This document shows, piece after piece, positions 29,189 to 37,642 of a DNA stretch of 64,000 nucleotides. The notes beneath the pieces were generated by a model. That model worked only from the letters and a program-made list of their open reading frames with translations, did no database searches and was not told the origin of the DNA. Position numbers and translations under genes: made by a program. This DNA is from Candidatus Bathyarchaeota archaeon (GTDB taxonomy: Archaea; Thermoproteota; Bathyarchaeia; Bathyarchaeales; Bathycorpusculaceae). The stretch spans positions 1 to 64,000 of the forward strand of contig CAWAKC010000006.1 in the NCBI GenBank assembly GCA_963782525.1, written 5' to 3'. Each line of letters begins with the position of its first letter. The first letter of the stretch is position 1.

Positions 29189-30037
29189 CTATAAATTGTT
29201 AAGGTTTATGCGGAAAGTGTATTGAGGAACGATTTCGTTTTGGTCATTTAACAAAATTCCTCCTTTATAAAAACTGTAAGGAGGGAAGACAAATATCCAA
29301 ACAGTCTTTTTCTGCTTGAGAAAATAACATGGGAACTTTGGCGCCTTGAGATCCCGAAACCTTGCGATAGGATAGGCTATTTTATGCCATCCTAAGTCTA
29401 AACCCCCAGAGGACATGTTTTTTGCTTCTAAGACGAAAATAGCGTTTTTTGTATAAAGTGAGTAGTCAAGTTCCTCTTGACCAAAATATGTAAAAATCTT
29501 AAGATTGGAATTTGTTTTCTTATTCTTGAAGTAGACGTCAAACTTCGAAGTCCTGTTACCTCGCGGACCAATGAAATAATCTTGCTCTCCACATATTCTT
29601 GAAATTATAATTTTGTAAACGCCTAGAAAGTGCATAAGTTCTAAGCAAGCGTTTTCATTTATTCCTTCTTTGTATGCCCACGAAAGATTCTCAAAGCCAT
29701 CAGGTATGTCAAATTGAATTTCCTCATAATTTTCAAGCTTCAAATCCAAATAGGCTGAATAGAAGAAATCAAGATTCATGACTACGAATTTTCCTTGACC
29801 TACCCTTAAAAGAAACATATTATTGCGTACTAAGTCTTTTGATTGTCTTGAGAAGAAATCAATTGATAGAAGACCTGCAGTTATTGCGCCGCTACGCTGC
29901 AAAATATGTTCCAACTTATATTTTTGTACATACTCTGTGAACTTGATTTCTCCAGAATATCCTCGTTCTGAAAGTTGCTGCCTAAAAGCATTGTCACACA
30001 GTAAATTATCCCAAATACCCATTATCAACCAAACCAA
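29189..30037 (-). CDS. PD-(D/E)xK restriction endonuclease-like protein
   Basis: QEELDYSL...FVLEAK catalytic pattern followed by HKIAYP. Confidence 0.6.
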   Translation of the reverse strand: MVWLIMGIWDNLLCDNAFRQQLSERGYSGEIKFTEYVQKYKLEHILQRSGAITAGLLSIDFFSRQSKDLVRNNMFLLRVGQGKFVVMNLDFFYSAYLDLKLENYEEIQFDIPDGFENLSWAYKEGINENACLELMHFLGVYKIIISRICGEQDYFIGPRGNRTSKFDVYFKNKKTNSNLKIFTYFGQEELDYSLYTKNAIFVLEAKNMSSGGLDLGWHKIAYPIARFRDLKAPKFPCYFLKQKKTVWIFVFPPYSFYKGGILLNDQNEIVPQYTFRINLNNL

Positions 30038-30055
30038 TCAAGAGAAAATGTGGAA

Positions 30056-30559
30056 TTATTCTATGTTTATGTTTCCTGCATCGTCAATTCGCGCGACTTG
30101 CCATTCATACATGTAGTTATCAACTGCTTTTTTAATTTGTTTTCGAATGGGATCTAAAGTGGCACACTGCTCTCTTGCTAAAAGGAGAATATCGCTTATT
30201 TCCTCTTGACTCGTCATACCGTTGAAAGCTATAAAATCAATCGGATGAAATATCGGTTTAACGTCATAGGGATCTAGTTTTAGTTTTTGCAGGGATGGGC
30301 AGATTGCTTTTTGGAATGTTTTTGCAGCTTCTTCTCTTCCTTTTTCTGTTGCTTCTTGCCTTAGCTTTTCTTCCTGTTCTTGAAATTCCTGCTCTTTAAC
30401 ACTGAGTTTTTGAGAATCTGTATCGTATTCATCTAACCAAGTTTTTTCAGCTTCAGACTTTGACTTCAACCGTAAATCAGATACTCTTCTAATTTCTCCG
30501 CAGCAAGGACATACGGCAAGGATTCTTCGGAAAAGCTGATACTCTTCAAATAAGCTCAT
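30056..30559 (-). CDS. Holliday-junction-resolvase-like protein, degenerate active site
   Basis: CPCCG, coiled coil, HPIDFIAFNG, but LLLAR in place of ExK. Confidence 0.65.
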   Translation of the reverse strand: MSLFEEYQLFRRILAVCPCCGEIRRVSDLRLKSKSEAEKTWLDEYDTDSQKLSVKEQEFQEQEEKLRQEATEKGREEAAKTFQKAICPSLQKLKLDPYDVKPIFHPIDFIAFNGMTSQEEISDILLLAREQCATLDPIRKQIKKAVDNYMYEWQVARIDDAGNINIE

Positions 30560-31038
30560 TATTCAAACACTCCATAAGAGACTTTATGATCTTCTATAGC
30601 TTCTTTAATCGATTTTTGGTGAGCATTCAAACGAGCTGCTCCACTCTTAACTTCAACAAAGCTCAAAGAGTCAACTTTTCCATTTGATAGACCGTTGAAT
30701 ACCAACAGGTCAATAGGATCACCTAGAACTTTTGTGTCTGGTACAATCCATTTAAAATCTTTAGCTACAGGCAGAATTTTCTCTAAACTTTTACCAATGT
30801 TCACAGCAGTCGTAGTTTTTAGAGCTTTCTCAGTTGCAAGTTTCAATTTTTTCTCCAACAATTTCGCCCGATCAGATAGTTGCAGCATAAGCTCCTCTTG
30901 TTTGTCTGAAGCTTCCTTAGGAAAGGGTTTGATTCCATCAAAAAGAACAGCATCACTGATCTGGAACTCTTCTCCACAAGGACATTCAGCAAACAATCCA
31001 GAAGTTTTTAAATTCATGATAAGCTTTTCTATTTCCAT
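30559..31038 (-). CDS. Holliday-junction-resolvase-like endonuclease
   Basis: CPCG, GKSLEKILP, GDPIDLLVFNG, FVEVKSG..RLNAHQKSIK. Confidence 0.8.
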   Translation of the reverse strand: MEIEKLIMNLKTSGLFAECPCGEEFQISDAVLFDGIKPFPKEASDKQEELMLQLSDRAKLLEKKLKLATEKALKTTTAVNIGKSLEKILPVAKDFKWIVPDTKVLGDPIDLLVFNGLSNGKVDSLSFVEVKSGAARLNAHQKSIKEAIEDHKVSYGVFE

Positions 31039-31205
31039 TTGTTACCAATCCCCAGTAACTTGTTTGTTTGTTACGATTTAGTTTTAAAACTATCTGTGTA
31101 ACAAATGTTCACTTTTAACCAAACTACTTTCGACAAACAATACCAGGATAGAATAGCGCGCCTAGTGGCTCGCATAAACTTAAAAAGTTGAAAGTAAAAT
31201 AACGG

Positions 31206-31799
31206 TTGGAGGTTATGCGGTTGAAAGTTTGGATAGGTCACTATGTTGAAAACCCAAAAGAGTGGTTTGTTGTTTGGGCAAACTGTGTGGAAGATGCATG
31301 GGACGTCGTGGATGTAGTCGGAAGCCCAGAGACTAATTCTCTAAGAGAAATCGTTTCTCCGGGTTTAGCTAATTTCCATTTAAATGACAATAATGGGTTG
31401 GAAGCAATTTCATTGGCAAAAGATAAGATCCGAAGGGAAACCTGGCTAATTCTGGGTAATAGCAGCCTGCTTCAAAACCCCAATGAATACATAAGCGCGC
31501 TCTACTCCCAAAAAACAGCTAACCAAAAGCTATGTATGAGGATTTGGCGAGGCACTTATCTACCTAATGATCAGAAAAACGACATAGAGTGCTTTGTAGT
31601 CTGGGCTAAAGACAAAGAAAACGCCATCAAGATTGTTGACCAAAGTTTTGGAAACGTAGACAAAGATTCACTCATTGAGACAAGAAACGAAGGATTCGTG
31701 GACTTTCACGTTGCCTATAAAAAGGGTAAACAAGAGTATACGCCGCCCAAGGATGATGTTAAAAGTGGTCTGTGGATTAATCTACGTGGCAATATGTAG
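31206..31799 (+). CDS. Hypothetical protein with internal domain duplication
   Basis: Two repeats each with W.G.Y...FVVWA....A...VD...G.....SL.E....G...F. Confidence 0.7.
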   Translation: MEVMRLKVWIGHYVENPKEWFVVWANCVEDAWDVVDVVGSPETNSLREIVSPGLANFHLNDNNGLEAISLAKDKIRRETWLILGNSSLLQNPNEYISALYSQKTANQKLCMRIWRGTYLPNDQKNDIECFVVWAKDKENAIKIVDQSFGNVDKDSLIETRNEGFVDFHVAYKKGKQEYTPPKDDVKSGLWINLRGNM

Positions 31800-32005
31800 C
31801 ATATAGTCATAAAGATTCGCGATCCTTTCAGTTTTACTCATTCCACCGCTCTTGGATAACGATGTGCAGTAACAAAGCTGTGAAGCTTCTAGTGTTTGTT
31901 AGGTTTTAGATTTGTTACAATTCTTTGCTGATTCTTCGATGAAGTCTTTGATTTCTTACATTATTTTAGAAGTATTAATTAAGTTGAATAAATGGCCTTC
32001 CCGAA

Positions 32006-32758
32006 CTATAATAAATCCAGAAAGTTACCCTTCTTAAGTTTGATAATTGATCTATAACAAGGCTTATCAGGCTCAATTGTCGGTACTTGGTTGTCAGTAT
32101 TAATAATTGCGTCTTGCATTGTTTCTTTGACTAAGGCTTTCAGTTCCGCGCTATAACGGTCCATGAAGACTTCAGATAACATTTGGATACTCGAATAAGA
32201 AAGAAGCAAACCAGTTTTTAAAGTGCTTTCAATCTCACGAAAATTGAGAGCTGGGAAATCTTGATTGACCCCTAAGATTCCAGGGTGTGACATTTCGCAA
32301 AGCAAAGAGTAGAGTTTTTTGTCCTTTACTGTACTGTAGATTTTTCCAGCGACTGCACTCTTCCCGAGGCTTCTGTCTTGCTCTGCTGCCATCACATCAT
32401 CCACAAGCTCAGTGTCGGTTTTTGCGTAAAGCAATATAGCCTGGTTGGCCTCTACGATAAAATAGTATCCTCTCAGTATGGATTCGTAAACCATTCTTTG
32501 AAGGCTAGCGCTAGGATTAACGAAGCCACAACAAGCCAGAATATGAGCGGACTGGAGATATGCTCTGTTTTTTTTAAAGTAAATTGAGACAAAAACATCT
32601 GTGGCAGGAAGCCTTTTGCCAATTTTTCCTACCGTTTCAAATAACTGAGTCTCTATACGCCACATTGAGGTCATAGTTGTTTCTGACGTATCAACTAGTT
32701 CAGGTAATGTTGCTCTTGTTGTTTCAGCTCTCTCTAAAAGATTCCAATCCCTAAAAAT
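32006..32758 (-). CDS. HEPN-like (DUF5677-type) helical protein
   Basis: ASLQRMVYESIL and LYSLLCEMSHP motifs; frame is open from ATT 32758, first ATG at 32674. Confidence 0.5.
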   Translation of the reverse strand: MFRDWNLLERAETTRATLPELVDTSETTMTSMWRIETQLFETVGKIGKRLPATDVFVSIYFKKNRAYLQSAHILACCGFVNPSASLQRMVYESILRGYYFIVEANQAILLYAKTDTELVDDVMAAEQDRSLGKSAVAGKIYSTVKDKKLYSLLCEMSHPGILGVNQDFPALNFREIESTLKTGLLLSYSSIQMLSEVFMDRYSAELKALVKETMQDAIINTDNQVPTIEPDKPCYRSIIKLKKGNFLDLL

Positions 32759-32767
32759 ACAAAATCA

Positions 32768-33304
32768 CTACTTTTCCCTTGTTTGCCATAGAATCAGGTC
32801 GATTTTTTTAATGTCAGAGATGCCAGAATTCGGTAACCGTTGATCGAATTCAGTGATCTTTTCTATACAATCAGTGTTGTTCAAGTAGTCTTTGTACCAA
32901 TTTTTGAGTGAATCATAGACCTTCTTTGTTTTATTCAATCTGTCTCTATCACCGTAAAGCGGCGCTTTTAATTTCAAATTATTTAATACTTGCTTATCCC
33001 AAACAGGCACGTCCGAATTTATTGTCGCCACCAATTTACTTGAGAAAGAGGGTTCAACTCTATGAAGCCTTTCCCAAAAGTAATCCAATACCTCTGCGAA
33101 AGTTGGGCAACAGCCTTCTTTCGAAACTTGTAATTTGGTGTAAAATGCATTATAGAATTCTGGAGTTCTTTGTCTCATTCTATAGAAGTGATTAAACCGT
33201 TTTTGGAAGTCTCGATCAATGGAAACATCGACTGCATAGAGCTTTTGCATAATCGTTTGGTATTGCTCCAATCCAACTTTCACTCCCTCCCAGTTAGTGG
33301 ACAT
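32768..33304 (-). CDS. HhH-GPD-like hypothetical protein
   Basis: FQKRFNHFYRMR, SFSSKLVATINSDVPVWDKQV, KKIDLILWQ. Confidence 0.55.
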   Translation of the reverse strand: MSTNWEGVKVGLEQYQTIMQKLYAVDVSIDRDFQKRFNHFYRMRQRTPEFYNAFYTKLQVSKEGCCPTFAEVLDYFWERLHRVEPSFSSKLVATINSDVPVWDKQVLNNLKLKAPLYGDRDRLNKTKKVYDSLKNWYKDYLNNTDCIEKITEFDQRLPNSGISDIKKIDLILWQTREK

Positions 33305-33633
33305 TATAAATCAACCATTAGATTTCTATATTGACGAATTATGCTTATAGTGTACTTTGTAAATCGGCTTTGCTTCATTAATTCGCTTCTTCGCAAATCG
33401 CCATCCAAGTATTGCCGCCAGTTGTCATAAACCAATTCGAAATCTGCTTTTGGTACCTTTTGCGTATTAATGGCTGACGGTATCTTAACATTAATATAAT
33501 TGCTTATGAGTGACCGAGCAACAAAATTCTCTCCAAAAGTTCCTTTGTCATTCGTCCAATTTGTGATTGCTTCTTCGTTTGAAAGGGCATCTACTAGTTT
33601 AGTCCAGAAAACCTCAAAGCTCACCTTGTTCAA
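33304..33633 (-). CDS. Hypothetical protein
   Basis: 109 aa; stop overlaps the start of the next gene. Confidence 0.65.
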   Translation of the reverse strand: MNKVSFEVFWTKLVDALSNEEAITNWTNDKGTFGENFVARSLISNYINVKIPSAINTQKVPKADFELVYDNWRQYLDGDLRRSELMKQSRFTKYTISIIRQYRNLMVDL

Positions 33634-33828
33634 CGAGTTGCCACCAGCTACATATTAGCCAGTTTAGGCTAAATGTCTTCTCTTATGTAAAATGATCACT
33701 TTTAAACTACCCTCCACTGCACAGTAATGTCTCTGTTCGAGATGTTTTATATTTGATATAAGCTGATGTTTGAGCTCCATGGGATTCCTATGATAGAGAC
33801 TTCGGATTGCTTGGAGGCTTAGTGGGTT

Positions 33829-34107
33829 ATGGGTAAGACTGTTCCGGCCTATCGTATGGCTTTGGAGGAAGAGATTAGTCGGTGGAGTGGTTTTGCGAGG
33901 GCTTTGCGTAGGTCTGATTTGGAAGCTTTTGATGAGCTAATGGATGCCTGCAGGAACTATGCTTCAGAAAGCAGCTGTGCAACTAACCCAATAGTGTTTG
34001 AACCTATGGTGATGTCAATCCTGCTAGCACAGCAAGTTAGGATACAGAAACTCGAACGCCAACTAAAAGAGGCTTCAGAGAAAAGTGGAGATATTACCCA
34101 TGGCTGA
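33829..34107 (+). CDS. arCOG07300-like small helical protein (family usually linked to PolB2)
   Basis: MGKTVPAYRMALEEEISRW..FARALR..D..AFDEL...FEPMVMSILL; GGAGG upstream. Confidence 0.65.
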   Translation: MGKTVPAYRMALEEEISRWSGFARALRRSDLEAFDELMDACRNYASESSCATNPIVFEPMVMSILLAQQVRIQKLERQLKEASEKSGDITHG

Positions 34108-34399
34108 ATTTACTAATAGCAGTATTCTCGATAGGCTTGATGACATAGAAGAACCATCTATAATCAGAATCTACTCCAATATAATTTACACGAAATACAA
34201 GAGAAGAGATCCCTATGGTTATCCTAAGCATTTGGTGCCTGTAAGCGCATGCTACAATGAGTTGATTGTGGATTTTTTGCGCAGACCCTTGGAACAGAAG
34301 ATCTGCATATTCGGTAAAACGATGTACTTAGCACTAACCCAGCAACAAAACGGAGTAACCAAAAATAAAAAAAGAAAAGCCGCCAAGCAAAAGGCTTAG
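34100..34399 (+). CDS. Hypothetical basic protein
   Basis: Overlaps the previous stop; GGAG upstream of the ATG. Confidence 0.5.
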   Translation: MAEFTNSSILDRLDDIEEPSIIRIYSNIIYTKYKRRDPYGYPKHLVPVSACYNELIVDFLRRPLEQKICIFGKTMYLALTQQQNGVTKNKKRKAAKQKA

Positions 34400-34710
34400 C
34401 AGTGCCCACCGCATGTTGAAAACTTGAACCCAAAACATATTTTGGGTGTTGGGCAAAAAATTTCTTACTAAAGAAAACACCCCCAAAAAACACATAACAT
34501 TTCTCTCGTAAAGACGTCGTTAACCCATATTTTTGCTATAAAATAAGCAATTTTTAGCAAGTTAGCACTTCTGCATAATTTTACCCCAGACATTTCTTTA
34601 GAAAGAAAAATTTTGCCTCGAGCGTAGCTACCGATTTTTGTTAGGCTAATGTGATATGCAGCAACCCTCCATTTTGAGTTTCTGAAGTGAGGGAGGAGGG
34701 TTAAGCACAG

Positions 34711-35091
34711 ATGACGCGCAAGAAATGCATTGGCAGTGAGCTTAGCGTTTTCATGGGTGTGGAAGCTAAGATGAACTTTGCCATTTTCTTAATTCTTGCC
34801 GTGTCGGATTATCCGCTGAAAAATACAGAATTGCTAAAACTCTTGAACAAGCAAAAAAAGCCTAGCGACACATATTATGGTAGTATAACAAAACGGCTGC
34901 GTTGCTTAGTAAATGAGGAATACCTTAAAGAAAAAAAGGTGGGCAGTGAAGCTGCGACCTATCAATTAACCAATAAAGCGTTGTTAGCGATGCTTTGGGA
35001 TTCAAATAATATGCAAGAAATCCTTGACAAAGCATCTGAAAAAAAGAGAGGTTTCTTGCTCTTGGCACTTGCTAATTCTATATATGAGTGA
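34711..35091 (+). CDS. Winged-helix protein
   Basis: YGSITKRLRCLVNEEYL...YQLTNKA; GGAGG upstream. Confidence 0.65.
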   Translation: MTRKKCIGSELSVFMGVEAKMNFAIFLILAVSDYPLKNTELLKLLNKQKKPSDTYYGSITKRLRCLVNEEYLKEKKVGSEAATYQLTNKALLAMLWDSNNMQEILDKASEKKRGFLLLALANSIYE

Positions 35092-35380
35092 CTACCAAGG
35101 CGCGAAACTATTCACCCTACGATAATAACAAAGCCAATCTCGCCCTTAATGGGTTAGGCTTGATTTTTCAACAGCGATATAGAACATTATCCCTAAAACC
35201 ATGACAAAACCGGAACACAGCGGATTCTTAAGATTTAACCAAAATCAAGATCAAGTCAGAAATAATAATTTCAGAAGATTCTCGATGCTAATTAAAAATT
35301 AACACTTTTTAATCAAAATAACAAGATGGCAAACACCTCTCTAACTCTAATTTTAACATTTTTGATTAGTTTCCTCGTTA

Positions 35381-35425
35381 GGGTCATAGCGGAGACTCCT
35401 CAGAGGGGTCATTGCGGAGTCTCCT
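35381..35425. repeat. Two 20-bp direct repeats with palindromic GGAGWCTCC cores
   Basis: GGGTCATAGCGGAGACTCCT (35381-35400) and GGGTCATTGCGGAGTCTCCT (35406-35425), 18/20 identical. Confidence 0.85.
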
Positions 35426-35483
35426 TGATGGGGGCAGAATTCCTTTAACTTCTGGGCGCAACATAGCTTTAGGTGTTAAAAAA

Positions 35484-35726
35484 TTGGTAAATATTATCGA
35501 GGACTGGGATGTCCTATCTGAGTATGCTGGAGAAAAATTAGGGTTTTATCAACTCCTTAGCAACGATGGAATCATTGAAATTAGGGTACAAACGGGCAGG
35601 ATTGGATTCAAAAAAGAGTTCGATAAAGGCGACGATCCGCTCTTGATTAAAATCTTGGATTTCTGCAAGAAACGACGCTTTATCCAAATTAGTGAAAACA
35701 TGCGTGACGACCAATTCTTCAAGTAG
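35484..35726 (+). CDS. Hypothetical protein of the integrase operon
   Basis: TTG at 35484 after AGGTG; 80 aa. Confidence 0.6.
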   Translation: MVNIIEDWDVLSEYAGEKLGFYQLLSNDGIIEIRVQTGRIGFKKEFDKGDDPLLIKILDFCKKRRFIQISENMRDDQFFK

Positions 35727-35735
35727 GTTAGCGCA

Positions 35736-36011
35736 ATGGGATCGCGTCTTAATCGGAATCGTTGCGTAGTCTGTGGAAACCCTCCCGCAGGACATACAGG
35801 ATACGTGTACTATCAGAGCGGTACAACCAGGCTTTATGCGCCTTTCTGCAAAGAACACTTAGACAAAGCTTCAGAATATGCCAATCCGGTCTTTGAAAAT
35901 CCAGCTGCAGTTGAACTCTTTAGGCAAATGTTTCCGGTAACCTATTTGCAAGACGTCAAGGGCAAACTCATCTTGTTTTTTGGCAAGAAAATAACGGCAA
36001 ATTCTAACTAA
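35736..36011 (+). CDS. Zinc-finger protein
   Basis: CVVC...FCKEH; directly upstream of the integrase. Confidence 0.6.
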   Translation: MGSRLNRNRCVVCGNPPAGHTGYVYYQSGTTRLYAPFCKEHLDKASEYANPVFENPAAVELFRQMFPVTYLQDVKGKLILFFGKKITANSN

Positions 36012-36013
36012 AC

Positions 36014-37294
36014 TTGGAGCTGAGGTGGGAGGGAATGGCTGAGCTTACATCGAAACCTTCTCCAGACGTATTTGGCACTAAAGTCGGTTTTAATTCTTGT
36101 AAGTTGCCCTCTAAAGAGGACACCGGCATCAGCCCCCTATGCCCACAATGCGGCTCAAAAAAACTCTGGAGAGACGGCAGCCGATACACCATGTTTGAAG
36201 ATAAGATCCAACGATGGCTCTGCAAAGACTGTGGGCATCGATACTCAGACCAAAACGACATCCAGAAGGCAAAATCAATGGTTGAAACAGTTGAAACCGT
36301 TGAAACGCAGTCATTAAAAACCTCTGACCGCATAGTAGTTAGTAGCCAAATATGCGTCTCGGAGACGAAAAACTTGGTAGCGGAACAACAAATCAACAAA
36401 GTTCCGCGAAGAAACGAACAAGAAAGCAGAGGCAAAATCATCGAACATGGCTTTTGGATGCAAAAGGAAGGCTATGCCGAATCAACAATTAGCCGAAGAA
36501 TAAGACTCTTAGGAACACTCGTCAATAAAGGCGCAGACCTAAAAGACCCCGAATCAGTCAAAGAAACAATCGCCAAACAACCAAACTGGGTTACAAAAAC
36601 CAAGGAAATCGCCGTCGAAACCTACGACTGCCTAATAAAATCCCAAGGACTAACCTGGAAAAAACCGATCTACCAATCCGTCAAGAAACTACCTTTCATA
36701 CCTACCGAAGAAGAACTGAACAACCTAATCGCCGGATGCAACAGAAAAACTGCAACATTCCTACAGCTACTCAAAGAAACAGGCATGCGCTGCGGTGAAG
36801 CTTTCATGCTCCAATGGACCGACTTTGACTTCGAAAACAAAACCGTCAACATAACACCAGAAAAAGGAAGCGACCCACGCCAACTCAGAATAACTATGAG
36901 ACTCATCATGATGCTAAACAGCCTACCACAAGACAAACCCAAACCATTCGAATGCTCTCACCGACACTTCTCAAGAACCTTCAGGCTCCAACGCAAAAAA
37001 GTAGCCAACAAACTAAAAAACGACAGAATACTCAAAATCCACTTCCACACCCTAAGACATTGGAAAGCAACCATGGAATACGCTAAAACCAAAGACATCC
37101 TTCACGTTATGAAAATGCTCGGTCACAGAAACATTCAAAACACTCTACTCTACACTCAGCTCATCAGCTTTGAGAGCGACCAATTCCACTCAGCAACCGC
37201 CAAAACAGTTCTAGATGCCCAAAAACTAATCGAAGCAGGATTTGAATACGTCTGCGAATTTAACGAAACAAAAATCTTCAAAAAACGGAAGTAA
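36014..37294 (+). CDS. int: Tyrosine recombinase/integrase with N-terminal zinc ribbon
   Basis: CPQC..CKDC; catalytic GMRCGE, EKG, HTLRH, LGH, TLLY; adjacent to a tRNA 3' end. Confidence 0.92.
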   Translation: MELRWEGMAELTSKPSPDVFGTKVGFNSCKLPSKEDTGISPLCPQCGSKKLWRDGSRYTMFEDKIQRWLCKDCGHRYSDQNDIQKAKSMVETVETVETQSLKTSDRIVVSSQICVSETKNLVAEQQINKVPRRNEQESRGKIIEHGFWMQKEGYAESTISRRIRLLGTLVNKGADLKDPESVKETIAKQPNWVTKTKEIAVETYDCLIKSQGLTWKKPIYQSVKKLPFIPTEEELNNLIAGCNRKTATFLQLLKETGMRCGEAFMLQWTDFDFENKTVNITPEKGSDPRQLRITMRLIMMLNSLPQDKPKPFECSHRHFSRTFRLQRKKVANKLKNDRILKIHFHTLRHWKATMEYAKTKDILHVMKMLGHRNIQNTLLYTQLISFESDQFHSATAKTVLDAQKLIEAGFEYVCEFNETKIFKKRK

Positions 37295-37366
37295 AAAAAT
37301 GTTCGAAAAAAATAGCCTCATAAAAATCACATTCAGACCCTATATAAATAGGGGTCTAGAGGAGTG

Positions 37367-37445
37367 TGGTGAGGCCGCTGGGATTTGAACCCAGGATCGC
37401 ATACGCCCCAGGCATGTATCCTGAACCATGCTAGACGACGGCCCC
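37367..37445 (-). tRNA. tRNA-Pro(GGG), CCA encoded, no intron
   Basis: GGGGCCG..GTCTAGCATGGTTCAGGAT..CATGC CT GGG GC GTATG..CTGGG TTCAAAT CCCAG CGGCCTC ACCA folds as a cloverleaf. Confidence 0.95.
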
Positions 37446-37642
37446 ACAAGGATAAATGCCTAAAGGAACCGAAACCAATTAAAAAACCTATTTCCCCCGA
37501 AATCTAACACCTCATAGACAAAGCGGAAACCGAAGTAAAAAACAATCGCAAACTAAAATAAAACAGCTCCTTTAGTTTTCGAGATTAAGATTTGGAAGCT
37601 AAATTAAGGAAAATGGAGATAAAAAGAAGATACAAAAAGGCT

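Larger units (their letters stand above)
1..37369. mobile_element. Integrated provirus / composite island at the 3' end of tRNA-Pro(GGG); left end lies outside the window
   Basis: Tail module, terminase and defence cargo, closed by a tyrosine integrase that ends ~70 bp from the tRNA 3' end; housekeeping genes resume directly beyond the tRNA. Confidence 0.85.

Noticed and set aside
35381-35425. Mini CRISPR array
   Set aside because: Only two 20-bp units with a 5-bp gap and no cas genes
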